From a virus, in IMG/VR virus record IMGVR_UViG_3300042505_001173, positions 83,619-147,618 of that record: a stretch of DNA of 64,000 bases; one strand, given 5' to 3'. The notes under the pieces are model-generated. The model was not told the origin of the DNA, made no database searches, and saw only the letters and a list, made by a program, of their open reading frames with translations. Positions within the stretch are counted from its first letter, which is position 1. Each line of letters begins with the position of its first letter. A program made the translations under genes and the position numbers. Positions 18,701-28,651 of this stretch are shown here, piece by piece.

Positions 18701-19356
18701 ACACAGCAGTATTAGATAGTACAAGATTAAATTGGTCTGTAACATTAGATAGAAATGAAATTACTCAAAAATTACCGTTAGGAGCTATTAACGTTATTGT
18801 TAAACGATTTGGTAAACAGTCTACTGAGCGTATAATCAACGTTGTAGATTATTTAAGAGTTTATAACCCTGATTCAATGCGTGGTGCTGCATATATGAAT
18901 TACAGCTTAAAATTCTTAGAAGAGGATTTACAAGTTGGTTATTATATGTACGAAGTACCCGATGCATTAAAAGTAAAAATAACTAATAATGGTGTCACTA
19001 CTATAGTAGCACAAACAGAGAAACCTACCGGTACATATTCAAAAGTATCGTACGGGTACCCATCAGATGTTACAGTGGTATGGACACAAGCTAAAGCAAG
19101 AAAAAATATGCATTATTTTACAATAAATAAAGACTTAATTAACGATGATGCCGTACTAGGAATTTATATCAACGAAGGTGATGCAACAGGTCGCCAAACC
19201 CAATTTGAATACGTTCTTCAAGTTGCAGGGGACTTACAACCAATTGAAGGCAAAGTGTTAAAAGAAGGTAAGCTTGCTAGCAACCCAGATAACTGGGTTC
19301 CATTAGTATTAGGTACTTATACAATTAACTTAGATGGCTCTGTAACATCTCTATAA
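15724..19356 (+). CDS. tail fibre/adhesin-like virion protein with Ig-like repeats
   Basis: N-terminal domain shared with the next two genes (EHFCS..P....GQLWVDTS, RHTGQI); GTP.VG..LT / Y.W Ig-like repeats; T/V/P-rich. Confidence 0.75.
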   Translation: MSLTDKILKFSDTIKPIIIVKDDEIDDTSTSLTLCPYNSLNSTNIINTSALRLMEHFCSPTVPPHSTAGQLWVDTSGAPNEPDRLKVYIPQNPGALVYMDVAGTVISRTGTLRHTGQIKAFNDYNNILKYISGAPSAPPSSTPGTGTVTVTGTPTVGQVLTASVTNLVDPDGISSATYTYYWYSGIVPTWSLVSVGAIPSVPTYTLAQSDVGNNIVVIVSYTDDAGNYNVLGSSFIGPVTAASATPPTTLTQPLEIRIKGLSVAPTTLSVDISSLTAAGLTVGGYQWSRNTMYGMNTLIGENNPTFATIYSGNTSVTIQASDNNIYSANVIVGSFLDPKYHLPEGPIYLTGTSEAGTIITVDTSQLVIQEPLVSAPNDYGPPRFYYQWEMAVSPTPWQNVGTDSPTFTIPLNAVGSKVRCNVTFYIQSTAVPSVPSQKVVLGRTTGFVTITPAVSLGATPSAVSGLGLITGTPAVGSVLTVSTSGISSTNGMTNVTFAYEWHAGFPGFPKTVIGTNTNTYTVASTNVGKYISVTISFTDNANNNIVVGSNVVGLIPVVPAVPLAPVGSNATALLAYSKFETTKRYCDENYLSGMTEDDTFYVRNDRRIVYTSDVAYTAPLASPDSDEAAFLPRKYIDDNYLNGFNNPDNTFTITDNKPLYYTVDRVPTDLYELVTKKYVYDVNATLVQAYSSQFQALLDRLNLAFAKVSAARDSAEAAYQAFLALPSPTADTPIDGGTILREDISLPTVDSYSGVNTSPPLSGTITTLPALTAGATYEVKVDGILATGVVISGFRWSLDSTSYAWTAPSTHTILVKRTETSGTSYESVGASQINITALPVPQVPTISPAAGTTTLPIEVPDIEDIQISGTVGTTVLGTGEQFNVTVKKVGAAVGLIIPSTSLVVTGTTWTLALPLLALGTTYDVTATRTDAAGVATSDPTSGELVVTTPANVVPPTLTPMVTSRKWPVIKGTVGTIPITAGQDFKVKINNLDYTAVLDSTRLNWSVTLDRNEITQKLPLGAINVIVKRFGKQSTERIINVVDYLRVYNPDSMRGAAYMNYSLKFLEEDLQVGYYMYEVPDALKVKITNNGVTTIVAQTEKPTGTYSKVSYGYPSDVTVVWTQAKARKNMHYFTINKDLINDDAVLGIYINEGDATGRQTQFEYVLQVAGDLQPIEGKVLKEGKLASNPDNWVPLVLGTYTINLDGSVTSL

Positions 19357-19369
19357 AGGTGGAATAAAA

Positions 19370-22300
19370 ATGGCTGTATCAGATACAATAATCCGGTTTA
19401 CAAATAATACAAAACCGACAATTAGCGTTAAAGAAAATAGAGTAGATAACACATCAACCTCACTATTTTTATATGGTAAATCGACATTAATTCCGTCAAA
19501 GTTCATTAATACTAATTTATTGTATATACTTGAGAACTTCTGTAATGATACTACACCATTAAAACCAATTGAAGGTCAAATCTGGTGTGACACTAGCGAT
19601 TCGGATGCTGGTAATGAGCATGGTAGATTAAAAGTTAACATTAAAGATAATAGTGGTGGGATACATTTCCACGACATTGCTGGTACAGTAATGGATGTTG
19701 ATGGTAATTTACGACATACAGGTCAAATTGAAGCGGTTAATGATTATAACGATATACCTCAAACTGATAAAGCTGTTTACCCTGAAAACCCTGTATATAA
19801 AAAGTACCTAACAACTAAAAAACATTGTGATGAAAACTACTTATCTGGTGAATATTCTACTGATAATTCTACATTTACTGTTAGAGATAACAGAAAAATA
19901 AAAACACCTATAGCGATAAGTTTCACAAAGCCGAGTGTTTATGACGATGATAGATTCAAATTAATCAATAAAAAGTATTTAGATACGCAGTTTTTAACTG
20001 GTCAAAATTTTAGTGATCACTTTATTATACCAACAGATAAAAAATTATATTATTCAGCGGCGTGCGTGATTGATTTACCGTACCAGTTAATAACGAAAAA
20101 ATATTGTCTTGATCAAGATGCTGCTGCTCGCGTAATTTTAGACGCTCTAATGCAGGATCCTAACAATGGGTTAGAAAAATATGTAATTGAAGCTGAAGCG
20201 GCAGCGGAAGCTGCAAGAATAGCAGCTGAAGAAGCTTGGGCGGCAGTAAATTCTGTACCACCACAAACAATACCGGCTGTAATAACAATCACTGGTTCAA
20301 ATACTTGTACAGTTGACACATCAATACCAACCGTAACTGGGTATACAGGTACAACTGTACCACCACAAGTTACTGGTACATTAACAGATTTAGCTGATAT
20401 GGCAACCGGTGCAACGTTTACAGTTAAAGAAGGTACAACTGAGTTAACTGTAACACGCAACCTTAAAAATTGGACATTAGATACAGCTACATTAGGTTGG
20501 ACGGTACCGTCCAACCATACATTAGTAGTTACACGTACAGAATCAAACGGAACACCTTATTCTAGCACCAGTACAGCACAAATTGTTATTACTGCTGCAG
20601 CCACTACTACTGACACATCAATACCGACTGTAACTGGTTATACAGGTACAACTGTACCACTACAAGTTACCGGTACATTAACAGATTTAGCTGATATGGC
20701 AACGGGGGTAACATTTACGGTTAAAGAAGGTACGACCGATTTAACTAGCCACGTAACACGCAACCTTAAAAATTGGACATTAGATACAGCTACATTAGGT
20801 TGGACGGTACCGTCCACCCATACATTAGTAGTTACACGTACAGAATCAAACGGAACACCTTATTCTAGCACCAGTACAGATCAAATTGTTATTACTGCTG
20901 CAGCTATTATTACTATACCTATTACAATGATGGATGTATCTATTCCAACGGTAAATTCGTATGTAGGTGTTGGTACACACCCAACTATAGATGGATTGAT
21001 GTCTACTGAACCAGCATTAGGTTCTGGGACAACATTCACAATTAAAATCGACGATGATATTGTTCCCCAAGCAAAAATATTAGTGGCTCCAATAGTAGGT
21101 ACAGGTGTGGTATGGTCAATTGATACGACATACCTTGGATGGGTCCAAAACAGTATACATGATGTACAGGTCAAACGTATTGAGGATCCGACTCACTCAT
21201 TCGACAGTACTTCAAGTAATCAAATACAAATTACATCATTGATTATACCTACAGTTAACGCTCAGGTTGTATCATCGACTGCTGTGACCATTACCATTAC
21301 TGGTACAATTGGTGATGCTGGATTTGCTGCAGCGCCAGCTAACGATAATATCAAAATTGTGTTTAACAACTTAACGTATTATAGATACAATACAACTAAC
21401 GCTAAGGATTCAAGTAAGTTAACCGTAACAGGTGGTAATTGGACACTCACAGATGTACCAAACCCACCAGTAGGGCAATGGGACGTTATTGCTACCCGTA
21501 ACGATAATGCATTACAGATCGATAGTACAACAAACGAAATTACAGTTGCTGCATTGAAAGATTCAGTTTTACCAACAGTTACAGATCTAACATTAAAAAA
21601 TACCTCTGCAACAATGGCTAATGTAGTGGTTGCTGGTACTGTTGGGTTTAAAAACTTGGCAGACTCATCGAGCACGTTTGCTGTTGTTGTAACTAGTTCA
21701 ACCGGTACAGTAATTACAGGTACATTATTGGTTACGGGCGTGAATTGGACATATACGATACCTACTATTAACACTGGTGACATATATAATGTAGTAGCGA
21801 CACGTACAGATGAATTTAATAATACGTTTGTAGATAACACCACTGATGAATTAGAAATACAACATTTATTAGATATAGCTGTACCAACGGTTACACCAGT
21901 TACTGTAAATGGTGGTTTCACTGTAGATGTTATAGGTACAGTAGGCAGTAAAAGATTATTAGATTCAAATAGTACATTTAATGTAGTTGTAAAAAATACG
22001 TCTTCACCTTTTGCAGAGGAAACAGGTACATTAACATATGACACAACCGGGATAAATTGGACTTACCGTCTTACAGATATACCTGAACGAGTAACATATA
22101 ACGTAACAGCAACTCGAACAGATGAGTACGGGTATAAGTATGTTGACACTACATCTAATGAACTAGTTGTTAACGCTGCTATTATTGCACCGCCTGCAAT
22201 AAAGATGTTTATGGACCCACCGAGTACTGGCGCGTATTACAGTTATACTGTACCTGCAGGAAAAACATCAATTGATGTAACAGTAATCGGTGGTGGAGGA

Positions 22301-23392
22301 GGAGGTGGTGGATGGGATTCTAGACCAACTGTCGGTGGGTACGGTGGAGACGGTGACAAAATACTAGCAACAGGTATACCCGTCACTCCTGGTGAGGTTC
22401 TTCGGGTTTACATTGGTCTAGGTGGCGCCGGCGGGTTTACAGGGGTTAATGACGGTAGTACAATCAGTAAAGGTAGAATGCCTCCAGATATCGGTTTTGG
22501 TAATTTATATCAAATTTTCAACTTAGATAAATTGTTAGCAGTTACCCCAGCTGTGGGTCCAACTCCAGTAAAATATACATATATGACCAAACGTGGTTCG
22601 TTCTTAACTAATCAAAGTTTTTGGGATGTCAATAAATCAGCACCACCAAATGGTACAACTAGAACTTGGGAGTGGGATATTGAAATACCTAGAGGTGGCA
22701 TTTATATAGCTACCTTAGCTGGAGATGATTATTGCTATTTGTATATGGATGGAGTAAAACTTATAACAAATGAAGATAATCGTAACCTAGGTATTCATAT
22801 GAATTTAACACCAGGTACTCATAGGTTAAAAGTCATTGGTAAAAACGTTGGTGGTGGTCCAGCTTGTCTTGCTGTGGATATTAGTGAATTTAGTTCTGGA
22901 TTTACATACGGTGGTGAAGGTGGACAAACAGCAAACACTAATGTTGGTAAAGGTGGGTCAGGTGGTGGGTCGTCTGCTATTGTTAGAGAAACCGGTAATG
23001 AAGTATTGATCGTCGCAGCTGGTGGTGGTGGGGGTGGTGGAGCTGATTGGAACCACGATGGTTATGATGCCACGAAGTTTACATCTGCAAGTTACTTCTC
23101 ATCTGATCCGAAAGGTGATGACACTGCTCGTGGAAATGGTGGGGGAGGTGGGGGAGGATACAATAAACCGGGGCTTATCAATATTGGTAATGGTGTAGGT
23201 GGTACCGCTTCGGCCATTGGTCCAATGTTAGGTGGGTATGGCGGAAATAAAGGCGCATCATATGTTAAGACTGGAATTACATATACGATTGAACCAGCTG
23301 GCAATAAAGGTCCTCCAAGTACTAGTACATTAGTCGGTGATGGTGGACAAGGGTATATAAGAATAAAAGCAATTGGTGGTGTTATCACGTAA
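19370..23392 (+). CDS. tail fibre/adhesin-like protein with Ig-like repeats and Gly-rich C-terminus
   Basis: Shared N-terminal domain, PTV-initiated repeats, PA14-like segment (AGDDYCYLYMDG), GGGGG tracts. Confidence 0.75.
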   Translation: MAVSDTIIRFTNNTKPTISVKENRVDNTSTSLFLYGKSTLIPSKFINTNLLYILENFCNDTTPLKPIEGQIWCDTSDSDAGNEHGRLKVNIKDNSGGIHFHDIAGTVMDVDGNLRHTGQIEAVNDYNDIPQTDKAVYPENPVYKKYLTTKKHCDENYLSGEYSTDNSTFTVRDNRKIKTPIAISFTKPSVYDDDRFKLINKKYLDTQFLTGQNFSDHFIIPTDKKLYYSAACVIDLPYQLITKKYCLDQDAAARVILDALMQDPNNGLEKYVIEAEAAAEAARIAAEEAWAAVNSVPPQTIPAVITITGSNTCTVDTSIPTVTGYTGTTVPPQVTGTLTDLADMATGATFTVKEGTTELTVTRNLKNWTLDTATLGWTVPSNHTLVVTRTESNGTPYSSTSTAQIVITAAATTTDTSIPTVTGYTGTTVPLQVTGTLTDLADMATGVTFTVKEGTTDLTSHVTRNLKNWTLDTATLGWTVPSTHTLVVTRTESNGTPYSSTSTDQIVITAAAIITIPITMMDVSIPTVNSYVGVGTHPTIDGLMSTEPALGSGTTFTIKIDDDIVPQAKILVAPIVGTGVVWSIDTTYLGWVQNSIHDVQVKRIEDPTHSFDSTSSNQIQITSLIIPTVNAQVVSSTAVTITITGTIGDAGFAAAPANDNIKIVFNNLTYYRYNTTNAKDSSKLTVTGGNWTLTDVPNPPVGQWDVIATRNDNALQIDSTTNEITVAALKDSVLPTVTDLTLKNTSATMANVVVAGTVGFKNLADSSSTFAVVVTSSTGTVITGTLLVTGVNWTYTIPTINTGDIYNVVATRTDEFNNTFVDNTTDELEIQHLLDIAVPTVTPVTVNGGFTVDVIGTVGSKRLLDSNSTFNVVVKNTSSPFAEETGTLTYDTTGINWTYRLTDIPERVTYNVTATRTDEYGYKYVDTTSNELVVNAAIIAPPAIKMFMDPPSTGAYYSYTVPAGKTSIDVTVIGGGGGGGGWDSRPTVGGYGGDGDKILATGIPVTPGEVLRVYIGLGGAGGFTGVNDGSTISKGRMPPDIGFGNLYQIFNLDKLLAVTPAVGPTPVKYTYMTKRGSFLTNQSFWDVNKSAPPNGTTRTWEWDIEIPRGGIYIATLAGDDYCYLYMDGVKLITNEDNRNLGIHMNLTPGTHRLKVIGKNVGGGPACLAVDISEFSSGFTYGGEGGQTANTNVGKGGSGGGSSAIVRETGNEVLIVAAGGGGGGGADWNHDGYDATKFTSASYFSSDPKGDDTARGNGGGGGGGYNKPGLINIGNGVGGTASAIGPMLGGYGGNKGASYVKTGITYTIEPAGNKGPPSTSTLVGDGGQGYIRIKAIGGVIT
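20314..20904 (+). repeat. tandem duplication of about 290 bp (one domain)
   Basis: 20314-20601 and 20611-20904 nearly identical; the second copy has a 6-nt insertion. Confidence 0.9.
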
Positions 23393-23462
23393 CATGGCGG
23401 TAGGTATAATTTTTAGGTATGCTAAAAATATAACAAATAACAGTTAAAGATGAGATTTACTA

Positions 23463-25004
23463 ATGTCAATACAAGATAAAACAGTTAATTATACAATACC
23501 GACGAAGACTGCTATTACTTTAGTAGAAAATACTATTGATAATACGTCTACCACTTTAGAATTACCATACCAAAACGATGTAAACATTAATCGTATTGTT
23601 AATAATAATTTAATACATTTAGTAGAAAATTTTTGTAGTAATACAGCTCCATCACCAGCTATTGAAGGTCAATTATGGTTAGATACAAGTGACGCTGATA
23701 ATAAGCAGGAGCTCGGTAGATTAAAAATCTATATGTATCAAACAGCTGGACTACAATTTGTAGATGTCGCTGGTACAGTAATGGATAAATTTGGCAACTT
23801 GAGACACACAGGTCATATAGAAGCATTTAATGATCTTAACAATATACCTGTGAATACTAACGAGTTCCCAGACGATCCTGATTATTATAGGTTTTTAACG
23901 ACAAAAGCGCATTGTGATAGCAATTATCTATCTGGGTATTATTCAACAGATAACACAGAATTTTTTATTCGTGGTAATAGACCTGTAACATATACAAAAG
24001 AATTGATATTTGGTTTACCTTTTGCTACAAAAGATTCACGGACATTAATACAAAAGAAATTTGTAGATACATATTATTTGTTTGGTAAAACTAACTTAGC
24101 TACCTCGTTTAATATAACAAACGATAAAAAATTATATTATGACAACTCAATTGAAATGACACAAGATTTTCAATTGATTACCAAGATAAAATGTGATGAT
24201 AAATTTGCAGAATCCATAGCAACCGTTTCAAATTTAGCAGCTAATATTATAAGCACTGCTGAAAAAATAAAGCATATGGCTTACGATCCATTTAACGCTA
24301 ATGATTTAGCTCATTCAGGTGCTATTGCAATCGCGGATGAAGTTAAGCGTTTGGTGGCTGCAAGACCGAGACCTGGTACACCAACACCAACTGTACTAAC
24401 ACAAAATGGTTGTACGATCACTGGCACTGCTACTATTGTACAGCAAGGCTCAGCATCGTTGGTAGGTATTAGTAAGATTCATGTTGGTGTTAAATGGTAC
24501 TTAGGTCCAGTTAATTCACTTGCTGGTGTAGACGCTGATTATGCAGCTACAGGATACAGTTTAGCAGGAGCACAGTTGGTGCGGTTTAATTATAGTGGTG
24601 TATCAGTGCAGGGTCTTGTACCGGGTTCATCATCGACCGCAGTTAACGGTGCTTCATATGAAGATTTAAAAGGATACGGTTTTGATGGTACAAAATACTT
24701 TAAAATTAATGATCCAACAAATGTTGCAAAACAGTTTACGACATTTGAAGCGTGTATTGAAAATGAAGCGTGTGATATTGATTTAACACAAGTAGATGCT
24801 ACTATTGAATACTTTACAATATCGTTAAACGGTAAAGTTAATTTTGGTACATATAGTAAATGTCAACTTGCTGTTTACGACACAACCACTGGATCGACAC
24901 CATTAACAACTATTGATTTAGTTACAACAGCTGCTAATGTATCGACTAAAGATATTGCTAAAATTAAACGTGTAACAGGTGGTTGGACATTTGAAGCGCT
25001 ATAA
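23463..25004 (+). CDS. tail fibre-like protein, third paralogue
   Basis: Same N-terminal domain (ENFCS..P.P.IEGQLWLDTS, RHTGHI, CDSNYLSG). Confidence 0.7.
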   Translation: MSIQDKTVNYTIPTKTAITLVENTIDNTSTTLELPYQNDVNINRIVNNNLIHLVENFCSNTAPSPAIEGQLWLDTSDADNKQELGRLKIYMYQTAGLQFVDVAGTVMDKFGNLRHTGHIEAFNDLNNIPVNTNEFPDDPDYYRFLTTKAHCDSNYLSGYYSTDNTEFFIRGNRPVTYTKELIFGLPFATKDSRTLIQKKFVDTYYLFGKTNLATSFNITNDKKLYYDNSIEMTQDFQLITKIKCDDKFAESIATVSNLAANIISTAEKIKHMAYDPFNANDLAHSGAIAIADEVKRLVAARPRPGTPTPTVLTQNGCTITGTATIVQQGSASLVGISKIHVGVKWYLGPVNSLAGVDADYAATGYSLAGAQLVRFNYSGVSVQGLVPGSSSTAVNGASYEDLKGYGFDGTKYFKINDPTNVAKQFTTFEACIENEACDIDLTQVDATIEYFTISLNGKVNFGTYSKCQLAVYDTTTGSTPLTTIDLVTTAANVSTKDIAKIKRVTGGWTFEAL

Positions 25005-25028
25005 TTAGTATAGCGCTCCACCATATAA

Positions 25029-26384
25029 TTATAAATCTTTAAATTGGTCAAGCAGTTTAGAACGTTTTTCGTTTTGAGCTGCTTTCAGTTCATCATTGGT
25101 AACAGCGAACACTGGTGCAGCATGTTGTTTATCTCCACCTGATGTTATTCTCAATGTTTTACGATTAACTCTCAACGGTACAATAGACCCAACCCCGTCA
25201 CTAGAACGAGTTTTCAATAACTGCAGTGCAATTTCACCTTGTTGTTTCATAACATCTGATGTTATGATAGCGAACATATAATCAGCAGTATTAGCTTTTG
25301 ACATACCACCAGCAATATTAGCAAAGTTCATTACTTCTTTATCAACACTAGATCTATTTAACTGACTAGCTGTTAACATTAAGCAGTTAATACCACCGCT
25401 TGCACCAGATATCAAATCAGTGCTATTTTTACTACCAAGGTTACGCAACGCCTCCGAAACGCTTTTATCTTTTTGGAATATATTATCAGCTGAAATTCGT
25501 TCAGTAGAACCCATTAAATCCATATAATCGACAACAATTACATCTGGAATAAACCCTTGTTTTGTCTCTAGTTCAACTAATAGAGCTCTTATTGAATTAA
25601 CATCGCTACCAGCCGGTAACTGCGATATTTGTAAATCACCCATCGTTTCACGTTTCTGTTTCAATTTGATACGAGCTTCATTATGACGTGCGCGTAATTC
25701 TGTTTGAGGAATATCAGTAATGATACCAGTTATTCGACTTAACACCATTTCACAAGATAGCTCTAACGAAATATACAGTACATTCAACCCTTGAGCCATA
25801 TAATTGATAGCAAAATTACTTAAGAATAACGATTTACCTGTACCAGGAGCACCAGCAACAATAATCAACTCACCTTTACAGAAACCTTTACCAGCGATAC
25901 TATGTAAATGGTTATCTAAATTCTCATAACCTGTACTCATTGCTGGTTGGAAGTCTTGGTCACTAAAGACTACTTCATAGTCCTCAAATAAACTTAACCC
26001 TAATGATCTATGAATAGACGTTGTAACAGCATCTTTAATGATTTTTTCAATGCCACCAAAATCTCCTTTGCGTAATAGATCAGGTGAATCTAGAATAGCG
26101 CATTCGATCGCTTTATTTTTACAAAAAGATTCTACCTCGATGATACAATAATCAACTTTATCTCTTGTTAATTGATGAGTAGATAATGATAAATCTGTTT
26201 CAGCATGAATTTGCTGAATGTCAGGCAGTGCTCTAAAATTATTGTAATATGTTACAATAAAGTGAATAGTGTTTCTAAATTCAGCATCAAAATATTTTGG
26301 TTGAATTATATTTGATGTAATTGTGAAAACATCTGGGCTTGATATAAGATATTCAATTAGTAGTTTTTGTTTTTCTGGTGTCAT
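25029..26384 (-). CDS. DnaB-like replicative helicase (T4 gp41-like)
   Basis: GAPGTGKS, YISLE, VVDYMDL, TASQLNR, KTRSS. Confidence 0.92.
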   Translation of the reverse strand: MTPEKQKLLIEYLISSPDVFTITSNIIQPKYFDAEFRNTIHFIVTYYNNFRALPDIQQIHAETDLSLSTHQLTRDKVDYCIIEVESFCKNKAIECAILDSPDLLRKGDFGGIEKIIKDAVTTSIHRSLGLSLFEDYEVVFSDQDFQPAMSTGYENLDNHLHSIAGKGFCKGELIIVAGAPGTGKSLFLSNFAINYMAQGLNVLYISLELSCEMVLSRITGIITDIPQTELRARHNEARIKLKQKRETMGDLQISQLPAGSDVNSIRALLVELETKQGFIPDVIVVDYMDLMGSTERISADNIFQKDKSVSEALRNLGSKNSTDLISGASGGINCLMLTASQLNRSSVDKEVMNFANIAGGMSKANTADYMFAIITSDVMKQQGEIALQLLKTRSSDGVGSIVPLRVNRKTLRITSGGDKQHAAPVFAVTNDELKAAQNEKRSKLLDQFKDL

Positions 26385-26590
26385 GATGATTTCCGTTGTA
26401 AATGACGAATTTTACTTTCTAGGTCCTGAGACTTAGATTTCTCTTTTTTCAATTTACGGTCAGAATCCATTAACTTTTTTTCTAAATGCATGATATATTT
26501 TTGCATCTTATCGATATACGATTTACTATCGTGTTCCCCATGGGAGACTTGAGGAGATCTAATTTTCATACGCACCATTATACATAACAT
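26381..26590 (-). CDS. hypothetical coiled-coil protein
   Basis: Overlaps the helicase start; start codon uncertain. Confidence 0.5.
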   Translation of the reverse strand: MLCIMVRMKIRSPQVSHGEHDSKSYIDKMQKYIMHLEKKLMDSDRKLKKEKSKSQDLESKIRHLQRKSS

Positions 26591-26687
26591 TAAAAATATC
26601 GGTCATTGGGGAGACCTAAGGAGAAAAAGGAGAAATTACTAATCTCTCCTCTATATTATAGATCAATATTGCTATATTAACAACTAC

Positions 26688-27638
26688 TCAAACGAGTATT
26701 ACATGAGGGTAACAATCACGTATGATTGATTCACTGACATACAATTCGTTATTGCGTACGTAGTTATTATTAATATTCAATTCAAAAATATTAACAACTT
26801 TATCATACACTTTATCGATATAATTTGAACTATTTGAAAGTAAAATGTACATCATAGGATTCTCTCCTACGTAACGATACGCTGAGAAATTATGAATAGT
26901 TGAGGGTGAATTATTGTTCAGTATTATATTCAATGTGTTAACTGCATAATTGTTACCATACATGTATACTTGATCAACGTCACCCCATGCTTGACCGGGT
27001 AGATTATTACCTAATGGGTAATTCACTTCGACTTCATTCAAAAGAATTGATAGTGCATTGTTGTATACGCCTGTATCATTAGCGACATATAATTTATTAT
27101 GTGTGTGTACACAGAAACTAAGAATACTATTGTTAGATATTTTAATAAAATTATCTGATTGTGCAACAACCTGCTTAACAGATGAAGATGTTCGAACTAC
27201 ACATTGCAAGGTACCACTAAATTTTGGAATTATACCTTGATTATTTGCTGAAAAACTAATTTCTATATATTCATCTGTAAATCTAAATGTATAGTCAGGT
27301 TCGTATAATTTAATATTAGTAGGTTTGTTATCAGCATCTACAGTACTAATATAAACAATAATAGACGGTACAGCAGTTAAGTTATGTTTAAATTTCCAAA
27401 CACTCCTTGCGTGTTTTTGATCAAACGTTGCGACTTGTGGATTGTATTGCCAATCAGGTAACCCAGCTACGGTGTCAGGCGGTAACGGACGTAAAATATT
27501 ATCGTTACGTTTAATAAAAAATAATGTACCTTTGCATTGTTTTGTAATAATACATTTACCAAAGACGTCTAAACTGGTTTTTTTCTCGGTAACATCTATT
27601 GTACGGTTACATACATTGCATCTATATTGAACTGTCAT
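26688..27638 (-). CDS. hypothetical, probable virion protein
   Basis: N-terminal CxxC..C..C and W.FKHNL motif like the structural genes in this window. Confidence 0.6.
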   Translation of the reverse strand: MTVQYRCNVCNRTIDVTEKKTSLDVFGKCIITKQCKGTLFFIKRNDNILRPLPPDTVAGLPDWQYNPQVATFDQKHARSVWKFKHNLTAVPSIIVYISTVDADNKPTNIKLYEPDYTFRFTDEYIEISFSANNQGIIPKFSGTLQCVVRTSSSVKQVVAQSDNFIKISNNSILSFCVHTHNKLYVANDTGVYNNALSILLNEVEVNYPLGNNLPGQAWGDVDQVYMYGNNYAVNTLNIILNNNSPSTIHNFSAYRYVGENPMMYILLSNSSNYIDKVYDKVVNIFELNINNNYVRNNELYVSESIIRDCYPHVILV

Positions 27639-27898
27639 ACATTAATAATGTCGTTATAATTAGCCATTGTTAAAGATTTATTCATATGAAGAATATTTTC
27701 AACAGCTGCATGAAGTTCCATATCGGTTTTTGCATCTTCTTTTGCCCACTCAAGCATACGTATAAACAACGGAACATCCATTGTTATCATATCAGGTGGG
27801 TTTAAAATTTCATTTAGGTTCACAGTTGTACCTGTATATTGGTTAAAAACGTTTAATATATCTTGTAGTGATCTAGTATTTATTGGATATGAATTCAT
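27635..27898 (-). CDS. conserved phage hypothetical protein
   Basis: DVPLFIRMLEWAKEDAKTD motif. Confidence 0.6.
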   Translation of the reverse strand: MNSYPINTRSLQDILNVFNQYTGTTVNLNEILNPPDMITMDVPLFIRMLEWAKEDAKTDMELHAAVENILHMNKSLTMANYNDIINV

Positions 27899-28383
27899 AA
27901 TGATTGGTGTGTCCTTGCTAAGTAATACGCATCAGTGATGTCGTAAAGTCCATTTGTTGTTTTATATTTTGTTTTGAATAATGCTTGAATATCTTCTGGT
28001 AAAGAATCAAACATATCTTTTTTTGTTACTTTCTTTTTTGTACCACCGCCAGAACCAGTTGCAAATTTCTTTATAGTTTTTGGTGTAATAATTTGTACAT
28101 CATCGATATGAGTATGATTATAAATCCTATCAATAATAACAAATTGCAAACCCGCTAAATCGCGGGTTGCACTACCTCTAATACCGAATGCTAAACCTTC
28201 AATTGATACTTTTGAATCAGGGTATTTGTTAATTAACTCAATAATATTATCTGCAGAATTACCAGCTCTACGGTATATTAAATCAGATGGATCTGTTTTT
28301 ATAGTACCAAAATCTATAACATCTTGATCTACAACACAATACCCTGTAGATGTGTACGACTGATCAATTCCAATGTAAACCAT
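27895..28383 (-). CDS. RuvC-like Holliday junction resolvase
   Basis: IGIDQS, IEG, KKFATG, DITDAY. Confidence 0.85.
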   Translation of the reverse strand: MVYIGIDQSYTSTGYCVVDQDVIDFGTIKTDPSDLIYRRAGNSADNIIELINKYPDSKVSIEGLAFGIRGSATRDLAGLQFVIIDRIYNHTHIDDVQIITPKTIKKFATGSGGGTKKKVTKKDMFDSLPEDIQALFKTKYKTTNGLYDITDAYYLARTHQSL

Positions 28384-28651
28384 TATTGTTCCTAAACAAA
28401 ATAGTATATATTAGTACATAATCATGGTAACACAAACACTTTATCCGGGAATATACATTAAACCTTTATCCCAATACAACATTATTTCATTCTCTGAAAA
28501 AATAGCATTTTTTAGGTCTATTGTTTTGTAGCGTGTGTAAGTGTCATAATGTATCAATAATATTAGATAAATCAACACCATCAAAAGATAGTGTTGATTT
28601 ATCATATATATTGAAATGTTGACAGTAGATCCTGATTACTTACATAATAGC

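Noticed and set aside
20314-20904. DGR template/variable repeat pair
   Set aside because: Differences are not adenine-specific, both copies are in frame in one gene, and no reverse transcriptase is in the window
16813-23388. Antisense ORFs within the fibre genes, and similar nested ORFs elsewhere
   Set aside because: Shadow frames of Thr/Val/Gly-rich coding sequence with no independent signals
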